In this document: positions 39,067 through 51,025 of the stretch, piece by piece
How positions within the stretch are numbered: position 1 is the stretch's first letter
How the letters are laid out: each line of letters begins with the position of its first letter
Assembly (NCBI RefSeq): GCF_006345805.1
Contig: NC_043021.1
Coordinates: 4,402,001-4,466,000 of the forward strand
From: Octopus sinensis
Taxonomy: Eukaryota
DNA length: 64,000 nucleotides
Reading direction: 5' to 3'
Translations under genes and position numbers: made by a program
Notes under the pieces: generated by a model
The model's input: only the letters and a program-made list of their open reading frames with translations
What the model was told of the DNA's origin: nothing
Database searches by the model: none

Positions 39067-39970
39067 CATTGTTCCACAAGTTCTTGGAGTTTCGCCCACA
39101 GACAGATTTCCAAAACAGTTCGAGCGAGAGCCGAAACTGTGTTCAAGTAAAAACGAATTACTTTTATCTCCAAATATTAATTTTTCAAGACTTTTGAGTT
39201 TCTCTAAATAACGAAGAGAGACAAGCTTATTGCTGCTTTGAAAAATATCCAGAAATTCAGTTTGAATTCTCTCCTTAATATTATTTAACTGTTGCTGATA
39301 TTCATCATTTTCTAAACATTTATTATAATATTGGTCACCGAGAGATTTAATCTGAGACTGTAGAAATTCGATTTCCTTTTTCAAACACTCAATATCCTGT
39401 TTGTATACAGTGTCGAATATTTCAGATTTTTCAAGCTCTAAAGCAATTCGGATGGAGTCTTCTTTCTCAAGAACAAACAATTTTTTCAATTGCTTCACCT
39501 CTTCATCTTTGTATTTCAAGATTTCATTCAGTTCATTATCTTTTTCCTTGCGAAGCCGTTCAATAACCTGATTCAGTTCAAGCTGCTGGTTTTCCAGCAA
39601 CATTCCTTCAAGATCATGTAAGCACTGCCATTTCTCTTTCTCCCAGGTTTGTCTTTTCATATGTAATTCCTTAGACTGAGCTAAACGTAATCTCTGGTTC
39701 CGTTTTCTTTCGGAGTCAATGGATCTTTGTAATTTTCTAATCGTATTGCACATCTGAGGAAGAATTTCCTTACCTAGACACTGTTTTGATTCCAAGCTGA
39801 AGGAACTGGTTAAAATGTGCCTATGCCCCTCATTCAAGTCGAGATCAGCTAACCTTGAATTGGGGCAAACAGACATGTTTGGACTGAGTCTGCTTCTGGG
39901 TACTGGTGATAAACTGTGGACTGACATTGTCGCTTGAACCCTGACAACTGGAGCACAATTGCCTTCATCA
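39067..39970 (-). CDS. Large exon encoding a long coiled coil (JAKMIP-like N-terminal pattern, as seen in invertebrate RIM-binding-protein-like proteins); first in-frame ATG at 39927
   Basis: Acceptor TTCTATTTTTCTCTTTTTAG| at 39971; frame open through the exon (287 codons from ATG); donor ATG|GTAAGT (phase 0). RKLQRSIDSERKRNQRLR...KEKDNELNEILKYKDEEVKQLK resembles the JAKMIP N-terminal pattern from memory; orthology is not established. Confidence 0.85.
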
Positions 39971-40261
39971 CTAAAAAGAGAAAAATAGAATAAGGAATGA
40001 AACTAAAGTTACAAAACATACATACATATATCATCATCATCATCATTTAACATCCGTTTTCCCAGCTGGCATGGGTTGGACAATTTGACCGGGGCTGGCA
40101 AGCTGGAAGGCTGCACCAGACTCCAGTATGGTTTGCATGGTTTCTACTTTCCAAATACCAACCACTCAGAGTGTAATGGGTGCTTTTATGTGCCACCGGC
40201 ATGGGTGCCATTTGTGTGACACTGGTATCTGCCACAACTGCGATTTTGCTTCCCAAGCACA

Positions 40262-41250
40262 ACAATGCCAATCATCCTCAGCACTGCTGCTTTTACAGTC
40301 TTGAAATGTGTAGCTGCTGTCCTGTTTATTGAAAAGTCTGCACTTAGCAAAATATTGAATGCCTTTTGCTTCTCATCTAAGATCAGACCAATTTCTCCAT
40401 TGTTATCAACAAACCAATCCTGGTGCTTTTTCCCAACAAAACAAAGAATGTTACTACAAACCTCATAAATTTTCTCTTTGAAGGAAATTCCAGCTTCCAT
40501 CACCATCATCATCATCATCGTTTAACGTCTGCTTTCCATGCTAGTATGGGTTGGATGATTTTGACTGAGGGCTGGCGAACCAGATGGCTGCAACAGGCTC
40601 CAATCTTGATCTGGCAGAGTTTCTACAGCTGGATGCCCTTCCTAACACCAACCACACTGAGAGTGTAGTGGGTGCTTTTTATGTGCTACTGGCATGGGGG
40701 CCAGTCAGGCGGTACTGGCAATGACCTCACTCGAATCTGTTTACAAGTGCCAGTGAAGCAACGTTGGTAATGATCACGCTCAACACAGGAAAAATTATTT
40801 ATCTCATTCACAAAACTGCTGTTTACTGATGGTATCTTAAGTTTATTGACATCAATCCATTTAGGTAACTTGATTTTGTTTGCTCTAACTTTAGGCTCAT
40901 CAACAAAATTCACCTGCGCATGCAAAAGCCTATGATCCATCTAGCACTCTGCACCATGCATAACTCACACAATAGCAAAGTCCTTGATATCATGTTTCCT
41001 AGTGAGGATATAATAAGGTGCCATTTCTTAGATCTAGGGTACATACATGTTGTTTTAAACTTATTTTTTACTTGAAACATTGTGTTCATGAAACACAGAT
41101 CCATCTCTACACATATTTGTAATAGCAGTAAACCACTACCGTTGGAACTGCCAACCCCATGCCTTCCTAAAACACTCCGAGTCTCCCAATCTGCACCAAC
41201 ATGAGCACTAAAGTTACCTAAAATGACAACTTTGTAATCATTGGGGTATT
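40262..41250 (-). mobile_element. RTE (BovB-like) LINE remnant: AP-endonuclease and linker region, interrupted by a family C copy
   Basis: VILGNFSAHVG...VLGRHGVGSSNGSGLLLLQIC...NTMFQVKNKFKTTCMYPRSKKWHLI...DHRL..., and after the SINE ...KKHQDWFVDNNGEI. Confidence 0.85.
40500..40778 (-). mobile_element. Family C element nested in the RTE remnant
   Basis: (CAT)n plus family C body between two collinear RTE segments. Confidence 0.8.
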
Positions 41251-41264
41251 GCGTATAATCTCTG

Positions 41265-41670
41265 GCACATGTATGTTTGTGTACATGTGTGTATATGTGC
41301 ATCTGCACATGTGCATGCATGTATGTTAGTGTGTGTATATGTGCTTATGTATGCATCTTTGTGCATGAGTGCATGTATGTGTATGAGTGCATGTGTGTGC
41401 ATAAGTGCATGCGTGTGTGCATGAGTGTATTGTGTGTGCATGTGTGTATGAGTGCATGTATGTGTGCATAAGTGTATGTGTGTGTGCATGGGTGCATGTG
41501 TGTGTGCATGAGTGCATAGTATGTGTGTGTATGAGTGCATGTGTGTGTATATAAGTGCATTGTGTGCATATATGTGTGCATAAGTGCATGTGTGTGCATT
41601 AGTGCATGTGTGTGTGCATTAGTGCATGTGTGTGCATATGTAAATGCATGTGTGTGTGCATGTGTATATA
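41265..41670. repeat. Degenerate (TG)/(TGCA) microsatellite
   Basis: Directly visible. Confidence 0.9.
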
Positions 41671-42276
41671 TGCAAGCATGGAAAAGTGAATATTAAAATG
41701 ATGACGATGATGATGATGGTGATATGTTTTTTTTCTAAATCAATTAAAAATATATATGTAGCCTATTTCATTACGAACACGCTAACTAAATTGTTAAACA
41801 ATACAACAAAATCATTTACTTATGAAGAATTGTATATTTAGACATAAGAAATGAATGGAAGTTAACTGTTCCATTGAGTTCAAGTTCATTATATCTCGAC
41901 TCACTTAACAGTGCATGAACAAGCAGCAGGTAAAGATTTCTTTGGACACAAAATAGTTATGAAGAAAAAAAAGAAAGAATTTTGAATACGTAATCAAAAT
42001 ATGAATTATTCAAACAATTTTTAACACAGAATTGTTTTAGAATTTATTCAAATGGCTTCAAACTCTTAAGAACTTGAAGTATGATAAATGATGGAAAAAC
42101 AATGTTAATTACGTCTTCTGATTTCCCAAAACACACTGATACATGTTGCTAACAGACTGAAATTTGTTTGTTTTGTTTCTTGTCTTTAGTAATGAAAGTT
42201 TTATAAGCACTTAAGTACAGATATATAAACAAGTGTTGTCACTGTTTAACCCAAGGTCAGCTCTCACTGAGTAGAC

Positions 42277-42883
42277 ATATACATTAGAGACAGAGGCAGG
42301 ATTCATATCAAGAGGTAATATTTATCCCCACTTAAACATGGATGTTCTGTTGGAACAAACTATACTGCAGTGGATACCATGAGAGAAACTCTCGCATTGG
42401 CTTTCGGTCCATATAAGCACTCACCAGGTGGAGCTATTACTTCTCTGGTACTATAAAGAGAATGATTAGAACAGTGATTTTCAACCGGGGGTCCACATGA
42501 GGTTTTTAGGGGACCACACAAGCAAAATTGAGTATACAATAGCATTTTATGGCCCCATGAAAAATTTAGTGAGGAAATAAATCACCAGCCATCTCCAGTG
42601 CTGAGACCACCTGATCACGTGATTTCAACCTTCCTTGGTCTCGTTAATGGTGGATGCTCAACTGCTAAAGGTAGATAGCAGCAACTCATCTCCCTACTAA
42701 AGGTACATAGAAAAACAGTGCCAGAACAGGCCCTGGTGTCACGATTAACCAGTGATCTTGTTAGAAGATATACATTAGCGACAGAGGCAGGATTCATATC
42801 AAGAGGTAATATTTATCCCCACTTAAACATGGATGTTCTGTTGGAACAAACTATACTGCAGTTGATACCACGAGAGAAACTCT
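42277..42883. repeat. 116-bp direct duplication (42277-42392 and 42768-42883)
   Basis: ATATACATTAG(A/C)GACAGAGGCAGG...GAGAGAAACTCT occurs twice with ~3 mismatches. Confidence 0.9.
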
Positions 42884-43164
42884 GATGTTGGTTTTTGGTG
42901 TTAAATGCACGCTAGGAGGGAGAGAAATTCCTGCCATCTCCAGTTCTGTCAGAACTAGATGATTTGATTTTGACCTTACTTAGTCTTTTCAATGATGGAC
43001 GCTTGACCGCTAGAGATAGCAGAAACTCATCTCACCACTTGCAATATATTGGAAAACAGTTCCACAACACAACAGCTTGAGCAAGAGTGTTCTACCTTTG
43101 GGCAAGGCAGACCAATGCTTGGTGAGAGAATTTGGAAGACAAAATCTCTGTGAAGGCCCATCAT

Positions 43165-43575
43165 GTATGCGCGAGCATGTGTGTGCACTTCATGTGTGAA
43201 GGCTTGTGTGTGTACACATGCATGTTACATGAGAGTGTGTGTACAAATGTGCATGTTACATGAGAATGTGTTCAATTGTGTGCATGTGGACAGTGTGTAT
43301 GTTATGTGTGTGTACACGTGTGCATGTTATGTGAGTGTGTGTGTGTGCATGTGCACATGAGTGCATGTTATAGGAGTTTGTATGTGCATGATACATGTGT
43401 GTGTGTGTGTGTGTGCACATTTGTATGTTGTGTGAGGGAGTGTGTGTGTGCATGTTACGTGTGAGGGCACATCAAGTGTGTCAGTATGCTATGCATGCAG
43501 GCATGTGCACACATGCATGCATCTATGCATGAATGCATATGCATGTATGCACATGTGAGAATGTGCTTGTATGTA
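43165..43575. repeat. Degenerate (TG)/(TGCA) microsatellite
   Basis: Directly visible. Confidence 0.85.
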
Positions 43576-43606
43576 GGTGCATGTATCTTCATACTGGTAC
43601 CACTCG

Positions 43607-43833
43607 CCGAGCTGGCAGAAACGTTAGCACGCCGGGTGAAATGCGTAGCCGTATTTCGTCTGTCGTTACATTCCGAGTTCAAATTCCGCCGAGGTCGACT
43701 TTGCCTTTCATCCTTTCGGGGTCGATAAATTAAGTAACAGTTATGCACTGGGGTCGATGTAATCGACTTAATCCGTTTGCCTGTCCTTGTTTGTCCCCTC
43801 TGTGTTTAGTCCCTTGTGGGTAGTAAAGAAATA
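43607..43833 (+). mobile_element. SINE family B with TSD
   Basis: 11-bp TSD GGTACCACTCG at 43596-43606 and 43834-43844. Confidence 0.9.
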
Positions 43834-44102
43834 GGTACCACTCGGCTCCCAGTGGAAAACTTCATCCCACATGAACATAAACATTCAATTGTATGGTAGA
43901 TTGTGTAAAACTGCAGAATGAAATACTTGAAAAATGAGGGTTGGCATCGGAAAGGACAGACGACTGCCTCAACAAGTTTCAAAGCAACAGGTGCCAGTAT
44001 GGAAAAAACCAGACGTTAACAACGATCATGATGATGATGATCATCATCCTAATCCAGCTAATTATGTTGATGATGATTATGCTGATGACCCTGATAATAA
44101 TG

Positions 44103-44460
44103 GGCATGGCTGTGTGGTTAGGGAGCTTGCTTCCCAGCTACATGGTTTCGGGTTCAGTCCCACTGCATGGCGCTTTGGGCAAGTGTCTTCCGCGATAGCC
44201 CCGGGCCGACCGGAGCTTTGTGATTGAATTCGGTAGGCGGAAGTTACTGCCGTGTGTGTATGTGTGCATATAGCTGCTCAGTGCCTCTCCGAAAGAGAGA
44301 GAGAGGGAAAAACTACCTCACCTGGCAACAGGTGGGGATTGGCGTCAGGAAGGGCATCCAGCCGTAGAAAACTTGCCACACGCATAGCGCTGCGTATATG
44401 TGCATACATTTTTACATGGAAAGCGGACGTTAAAAGATGATGATGATGATGATGATGATG
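44103..44460 (+). mobile_element. Mosaic SINE (G): family A-type head, distinct body, family C-type (ATG)n tail
   Basis: Body GAGCTTTGTGATTGAATTCGGTAGGCGGAAGTTACTGCC...CTCTCCGAAAG is also at 48243-48430; tail GGCGTCAGGAAGGGCATCCAG...GCGGACGTTAAAAGATGATG. Confidence 0.7.
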
Positions 44461-44839
44461 ACTGTCCAACATACCAGTTTACCAAGCTCTAACAGTCAGA
44501 AACAGAAACACATACTTCATCATAGCCAGAGTCTAGAGCCACAGAAGATTCATGAAGTCAGTGAACACAAATATATCTAAATGTCAGCCACACAACAATA
44601 GAATAACATTTTTTTCTTGAGTAAATATCAGCATTGTGTTTCTATGGCATGATTCATATGAAATGCTATATTCTTTGTCCATTAAATCTAGGATTATTGG
44701 TAAGCGGATCAGAGGTTATTCTTTAAACAAACCAGAGAGTTCTTAATGTGAAATATAAGAGTGCAAACAGAGAGCAGCATTCTTTGTATTTTTTTTCTCT
44801 TTTTGATACGTTTTTACATCCAGTTGTATAACTATAAAT

Positions 44840-45017
44840 AGGTACAGGAGTGGTGGCCGTGTGGTAAGAAGCCTGCTTTCCAAGCACGTGGTTTCAGGTT
44901 CAGTCCCACTGCATGGCACCCCTTGGGCAAGTGTCTTCTACGATAGCCTCAGGCTGACCAAAGCCTTATGAGTAGATTTGGTAGACAGAAACTGAAAGAA
45001 GCCCATCGTATATATAT

Positions 45018-45089
<72 letters not shown>

Positions 45090-45305
45090 TTATGTATGTG
45101 TGTCTGTGTATGTTCCACCACCATCGGTTGACAACCAATGTTGATATGTTTCTGTCCCTGTAACTTAGCAGTTCAGCAATAGAGACCTGTAGAATAAGTA
45201 CTAGGCTTACAAAGTATAAGTCCTGGGGTTGATTTGTTCAACTAAAGGCACTGCTCCATCATGGCCACAGTCAACTGACTGAAACAAGTAAAAGAATAAA
45301 AGAAT
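44840..45305 (+). mobile_element. SINE family A (older)
   Basis: Diverged A copy with a long TA tract. Confidence 0.8.
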
Positions 45306-45404
45306 ATATATACAGACACAGCAGAACCTTGCAGCACGACTGCACTATTGTACGAGTAATTTGCTGTACGAGCCAAGGCTCGTGCAAAGTTTTGTCTTAA
45401 AGTC

Positions 45405-45690
45405 ATTATCATCATCATCGTTTAACGTCTGCTTTCCATGCTAGCATGGATTGGACGATTTTGACTGCGGGCTGGCAAACCAGATGGCTGCACCAGGCTC
45501 CAATCTTGGTTTGGCAGAGTTTCTACAGCTAGATACCCTTCCTAACGCCAACCACTCTGAGAGTGTAGTGGGTGCTTTTTACGTGCCACCAGCACAGGGG
45601 CCAGTCAGGCGGTACGGGCAACGACCTTGCTCGAATCTTTTTACACATGCCACCAGCACAGGTGCCAGTAAGGCGACGTTGGTCGAAATC
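45405..45690 (-). mobile_element. Family C element
   Basis: Similar to 40500-40778 and to the reverse complement of 2284-2631. Confidence 0.8.
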
Positions 45691-45888
45691 CACAGTATGA
45701 GTGAATTTAATATAAACAACCACTAGTCGGTGCTGAGCTTGCACATGCTCTCCCAACAAGTGCAGCCTCCGCTTGCTCAGTTCACGTGTTTATCTTGTGG
45801 CAGCATTCCTGTTGCGTTTTTCCTCATGTTTCTTTTTAGTTTTGTGCATTTTTTGCTCTTATTTTATTTATAATTAGTTGTGTTAGCC

Positions 45889-46600
45889 ATGGGTCCTATG
45901 AAGGTTAGTGCAAGGGACAGTGCTGAGAAGAAAAAGCTGATTACAATAGAATTGAAGAAGGAACTCATTGAAAAACATGAGAGAGGAGTGCATGTAGTGG
46001 ACATAACATGTCAATACAACCGAAACACATCAATGATCTGCACCACCCAGGAGGAAAAGGAAAAAGCCATTACAACAGCAAACCATGTCTCCAGGCCCTC
46101 CAAGGAGATGGAAAAATTGCTTCTCCTGTGGATCAGCAAGAAGCAACTTGCAGGGGATATGATTATGGAGATCATCATCTGCAAGAAAGCACAAGCATTG
46201 TATGGGGATCTTCTGAAGCAGAACCCTGGAACATCAACAGAGGAGACATCAGCAGATACATTTAACCCTTTAGCATTCAAACCGGCCATATCTGGCCAAA
46301 ATATTTAGCCTGTTTTATATTGAAACTGACCAGAGCTCGCCTCTCACCTCAGCCCTACCACGTCATTCTAAAACTAAAAAGATCACATCACTGAAATCTC
46401 TAAACTACAAGATAATGCATGATTAATTCAAAAAAATATAAATAAACAAACATCACATTTGATAGAATAATCTGAACACTAAAGGGTTAAGGTTGGTTGC
46501 AGCTGGTTAGATAAATTTCAAGAAGAGGACTGGTGTTTATAGTGTTGTCAGGTATGGAGAAGCAGGGAGTTCTGACACTAAGGCAGCTGAAGGTTTTGTG
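45889..46600 (+). pseudogene. Tigger/pogo-type transposase remnant (CENP-B-like HTH region), split by a piggyBac-type MITE
   Basis: MGPMKVSARDSAEKKKLITIELKKELIEKHERG...EMEKLLLLWISKKQLAGD...ICKKAQALYGDLLKQNPGTS...TF, then the MITE, then K...WLDKFKKRTGVYSVVRYGEAGSSDTKAAEGFV. Confidence 0.85.
46266..46486. mobile_element. piggyBac-type MITE
   Basis: TTAA|CCCTTTAG ... CTAAAGGG|TTAA; a related partial copy lies near 35052-35125. Confidence 0.85.
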
Positions 46601-47001
46601 CATGGCACAACTGCATCAGTTGAAAGCTCCCTATACCAAATGCCAATAGGTTTTAGGGGCCATCAGGAGAGAATCCATACCAATTTGGGGCCTTCCTCTT
46701 GATTGCTTTACAGCTCACTGGTCCCACCTCACTGATGTGAGGACCCTGTCTGCTTGATCAACTAATTAGAATTCAATCTTGAGTCCCGTCTCAGGTTCAT
46801 CACCACCATTCAAGTTGTGGAGTCAAACAGGTCTGACTTACCTCACACCCAAAACACATCACCTCTCCAACCAAGTTTCATCAGTCTTTTTGAGCAATCC
46901 CAGCATGGCCACAGCCTAATGACTGAAGCAAGTAAAACATAAAACGTATCCAATAACAGGCTCTCTTTTAGAATTCTGATTCAAGTTGGAATTTACTGAA
47001 A

Positions 47002-47405
47002 TACTCTCTTTACTTGTTTTGGTCATGTGACTGTGGCCATGCTGGAGCACCGCCTTTAGTCGAGGAAATTGACCCCAGGACTTATTCTTTGTAAGCCTAG
47101 TACTCATTCTGTCGGTCTCTTTTGCCAAACTGCTAAGTTACGGAGACGTAAACACACCAGCATCGGTTGTCTAGTGATGTTGGGGGGACAAAGACAGACA
47201 CACAAGCATATACACACACATATATATATATATATACATATATACGATGGGCTTCTTTCAGTTTCCGTCCACCAAATCCACTCATAAGGCTTTGGTCGGC
47301 CCGAGGCTATAGTAGTAGAAGACACTTGCCCAAGGTGCAACGCAGTGGGACTGAACCCGGAACCATGTGGTTCATAAGCAAGCTACTTACCACACAGCCA
47401 CTCCT
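47002..47405 (-). mobile_element. SINE family A
   Basis: Matches the A consensus. Confidence 0.85.
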
Positions 47406-49158
47406 ACGGTTTTTTTTTTTTTATCAATCAAATTTCAAATTTCCAAATGCAAAATAAAAACAAATTAAAATATTTGAATCAAAATTCTCAACTCAGCACG
47501 CAGTACAATACCACATACTTCAATGCTACATACATATTACAGACACAACATGACAATACCTCTAGTTGCACTGATGGCAATGTACAGCCGGTTTCGTGAG
47601 CAGCGTATATCAAGTGCACATGCTCACATGGTTTGCTAAGAACCTTCAGACAGAAAAATGTATGAAGTGAGAAAGAGTACCTTGTGACAGCTGCATAACT
47701 CTTGCTTCTTAGGTAAGGAGGAGGGAATACTTGTGGCTAAAGACAGACGATTTAAAGATAATCAGATTAAATTTCATAATAGCAAAAGACTTAATCCAAA
47801 CTCTAGGAAAGCTAGTAATTTTTTTTTTTCCTCAGCCTTCCTTTTTTTTTTACCACAAAGTAATTATTTAAGGATTTTTTTTTCAGTTGCCCTACTAGCT
47901 ACATAAAAAATGAAGTCTATATAACAGTTGGTGCATGTTTTAAACAGTAAAAACTGATGCTACCAAATCATCGTCAGTTCTCTGTGTAACCAAGTCTTGA
48001 CTGTTCATTGTTCGGTGAAGATGGGAATTTTCAGCTTGCCTGTAAACAGATGAAGCTTGAATATGGCTGAAAAGGAATGGCAAAACCTGGTTGGAGAGGT
48101 GATGTGTGAATGTGAGATACCTGTTTGTCTATATGGCAAGTCAGACCTGCATGACTCCACAATTTGAATGGTGGTGATGATCAAATAAGTGATGGGACCT
48201 TACATCAGTGAAGTGGGACCAGTGCACAGTAAATTTGTCAAATGGTGTGTAGTTAAGGAGCTTGCTTCTTAACTACATGGTTTCGGGTTCAGTCCTACTG
48301 CGTGTCACTTTGGGTAGGTGTCTTCCGCTATAGCCCCGAGCCGACCGGAGCTTTGTGATTGAATTCGGTAGGCGGAAGTTACTGCCATGTGTGTATAGCT
48401 GCTCAGTGCCTCTCCGAAAGAGAGAGAGGGTGTCCTGATGACCGTGATACCTACTGACATCTGGCATATAGGGCCAGTTCCCTGGTTTCTCTGCCATACA
48501 TATTTTCCCCACCAGGATGGGATGCCAGTCCATCACATGGTTGCTCATTTTTACCAGCTGAGTGGACTGGAGCAACATGAAATGAAGCACCTTGCTCAAG
48601 ATCAAAACACATCATCCAGTCCAGGAATCAAAACCAGTCTTAAAGTCCTGAGTCCAACATCCTAATTACTAAGTTATGTGCCTCCACCCTCAAATAGAAT
48701 ACCTTGTACTATTTGTTGCAGCTTCCTGTGCACTGTCAACTTTGCCCATTATCTCTTCAGGGGTCAATAAATAAAGTATCAGGTCAGGTTAGGGGATGAG
48801 CAGAATGTTAGAGGTGCCTTGTGGTAGCTATTTCAGCTCCGTGCAGTCTGAGTCAAAATCTTGCCTCCTGTCCACTGGGAAAGTAAAAGAGGTCCTTCTT
48901 TGAGACTTGGAAAAAATAGTAGCAGGCCTTGGTAAATCCTTGAGCAAGTGTCCAGGTATTTTGGTTGACCATTCTCAATGCCAACATTTTTTCACCTGCC
49001 AAGATAACCAACAGATGAGAAAGGAAAAAAAAAAAAGACTTTCAGAACCCCAACAAACAAATGAACATAATATTATTAGTCGTCATTTTAACAGGTGGAA
49101 ATGAATATCCATTCCAGCAGTTCTGACTGTATACGATATCCCACTAAAGAAAAAAAAA

Positions 49159-49490
49159 GGGCAAGTGTCTTCTACTATAGCCTCAGGCCAACCAAAGCCT
49201 TGTGAGTGGATTTGGTAGACGGAAACTGAAAGAAGCCCGTCGTATATATGTATATATATATATATATATATGTGTATGTGTGCGTGTGTGTCTGTGTTTA
49301 TCCCCCTAGCATTGCTTGACAACCGATGCTGGTGTGTTTATGTCCCCGTCACTTAGCGGTTCGGCAAAAGAGACCGGTAGAATAAGTACTGGGCTTACAA
49401 AGAATAAGTCCCCGGGTCGAGTTGCTCGACTAAAGGCGGTGCTCCAGCATGGCCACAGTCAAATGACTGAAACAAGTAAAAGAGTAAAGA
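49159..49490 (+). mobile_element. SINE family A, headless
   Basis: Starts at GGGCAAGTGTC and runs to the tail. Confidence 0.85.
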
Positions 49491-50276
49491 GTATATTTAA
49501 TCTTGCTCATTATCATACACCATTTGTCTACAGTGAGAAATTTTCTCCACAACAAAACACAATGAACAGCTTTCTTACAGGTTCAAATATGCTGCAAGCA
49601 TATCTAAACCTTGTAAATGTATAATAATGTGAAGTGCAGGAATGGCTTTCTGGTTAAGGAATTTACTTCAGAACCTCATGGTTTGGGTTTCAAGCCCACT
49701 GCAGGGATATTGTCAGTTGGTGTCCCAACAGGTGTGTGTGCATGTGCACATGCACACAAACACACTTTCTGCGTGGTCAGAAAGTTTGTTTCCCAACCAC
49801 ATGGTTTCAAGTTCAGTCCCACTATGTGACACCTTGGGCAAATGTCTACTGTAGCCCCAGGCCAACCAAAGCTTTGAGTGGATTTGGTAGGGAGAAACTG
49901 AGAGAAGCCTGTTTTGTGTGTGTATGTGTGTGTGCGCACTACTAGCTCCTTACCTTGTCTACAATTGATATTTGCAAATGAGTGCCCTTCATTTGGACCT
50001 CCTCCTTGCTATGTGGTATGTGAAAAGACACCAACTCTATGAGACCTACACACTCATACATTTATACACATACACTCACAGACAGATATACAGACATATA
50101 CAAAATGTAATGTCATCACCATGGTATAAAATAGAAAGATTATCTCTATGATATGTTATATTGTTTTAATGGAAATGAAAATAAAATCTCATATTGACAC
50201 TGGGGAGCCCTCACATACATATAATAAGATAGACACACACAGACATACATTCATGCATGTCAGTTGTCATATATGC

Positions 50277-50683
50277 ATTTCTTTATTACCCACAAGGGGC
50301 TAAACATAGAAGGGGCAAACAAGGACAGATAAACGGATTAAGTCGATTACATCGACCCCAGTACGTAACTGGTACTTAATTTATCGACCCCGAAAGGATG
50401 AAAGGCAAAGTCGACCTCGGCGGAATTTGAACTCAGAACGTAACGGCAGACGAAATACCTATTTCTTTACTACCCACAAGGGGCTAAACATAGAAGGGAC
50501 AAACAAGGACAGACAAATGGATTAAGTCGATTACATCGACCCCAGAGCGTAACTGTTACTTAATTTATCGACCCCGAAAGGATGAAAGGTAAAGTCGACC
50601 TCAGCGGAATTTGAACTCAGAACGTAACGGCAGACGAAATATGGCTACGCATTTCGCCTGGCGTGCTAACGATTCTGCCAGCT
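50277..50683 (-). mobile_element. Family B SINE plus one tandem partial unit
   Basis: Junction CAGACGAAATAC|CTATTTCTTTAC at ~50458, the same junction as in the 27160 array. Confidence 0.9.
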
Positions 50684-50779
50684 CTATTTAGAATTAAAGG
50701 TATAAAAGTGAAACAATATATCACTTTACAATATAGATCTTATTCTTTTACTTTTATTTTTTGATATTTGACACGTAAT

Positions 50780-51025
50780 ACGAACCATTGCCAATGTTGC
50801 ATTATTTTAATCCAAATGACAAAAGAAAATTGCATGTTGACATTTACGAGGTCTGATAGTATTACCATGTAAAATTTGATTTGATTTGGTTGAGCCATTT
50901 GAGAATGCATTGGGAACCGAGAGACAAAGGATTTTATATAGGTAGATCTTTTGATTTGATGGAACCGTTTGAGAATGCGCAGGGAACAGACAACAGAGAG
51001 ACAAAGAATTTTATATAGAGAGAGA
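50780..51025 (-). mobile_element. Helitron-like 5' terminus, present twice in tandem; no 3' end found
   Basis: Minus strand A|TCTCTCTCTATATAAAATTCTTTGTCTCTC...CATTCTCAAACGG (from 51025) and A|TCTACCTATATAAAATCCTTTGTCTCTC...CATTCTCAAATGG (from 50946). Confidence 0.55.

Noticed and set aside
47960-48039. Possible minus-strand exon (TTTACAG|G...MNSQDLVTQRTDDDL)
   Set aside because: Good acceptor, but only weak donors and none in the phase needed to join the 39970 exon; unsupported without RNA data.
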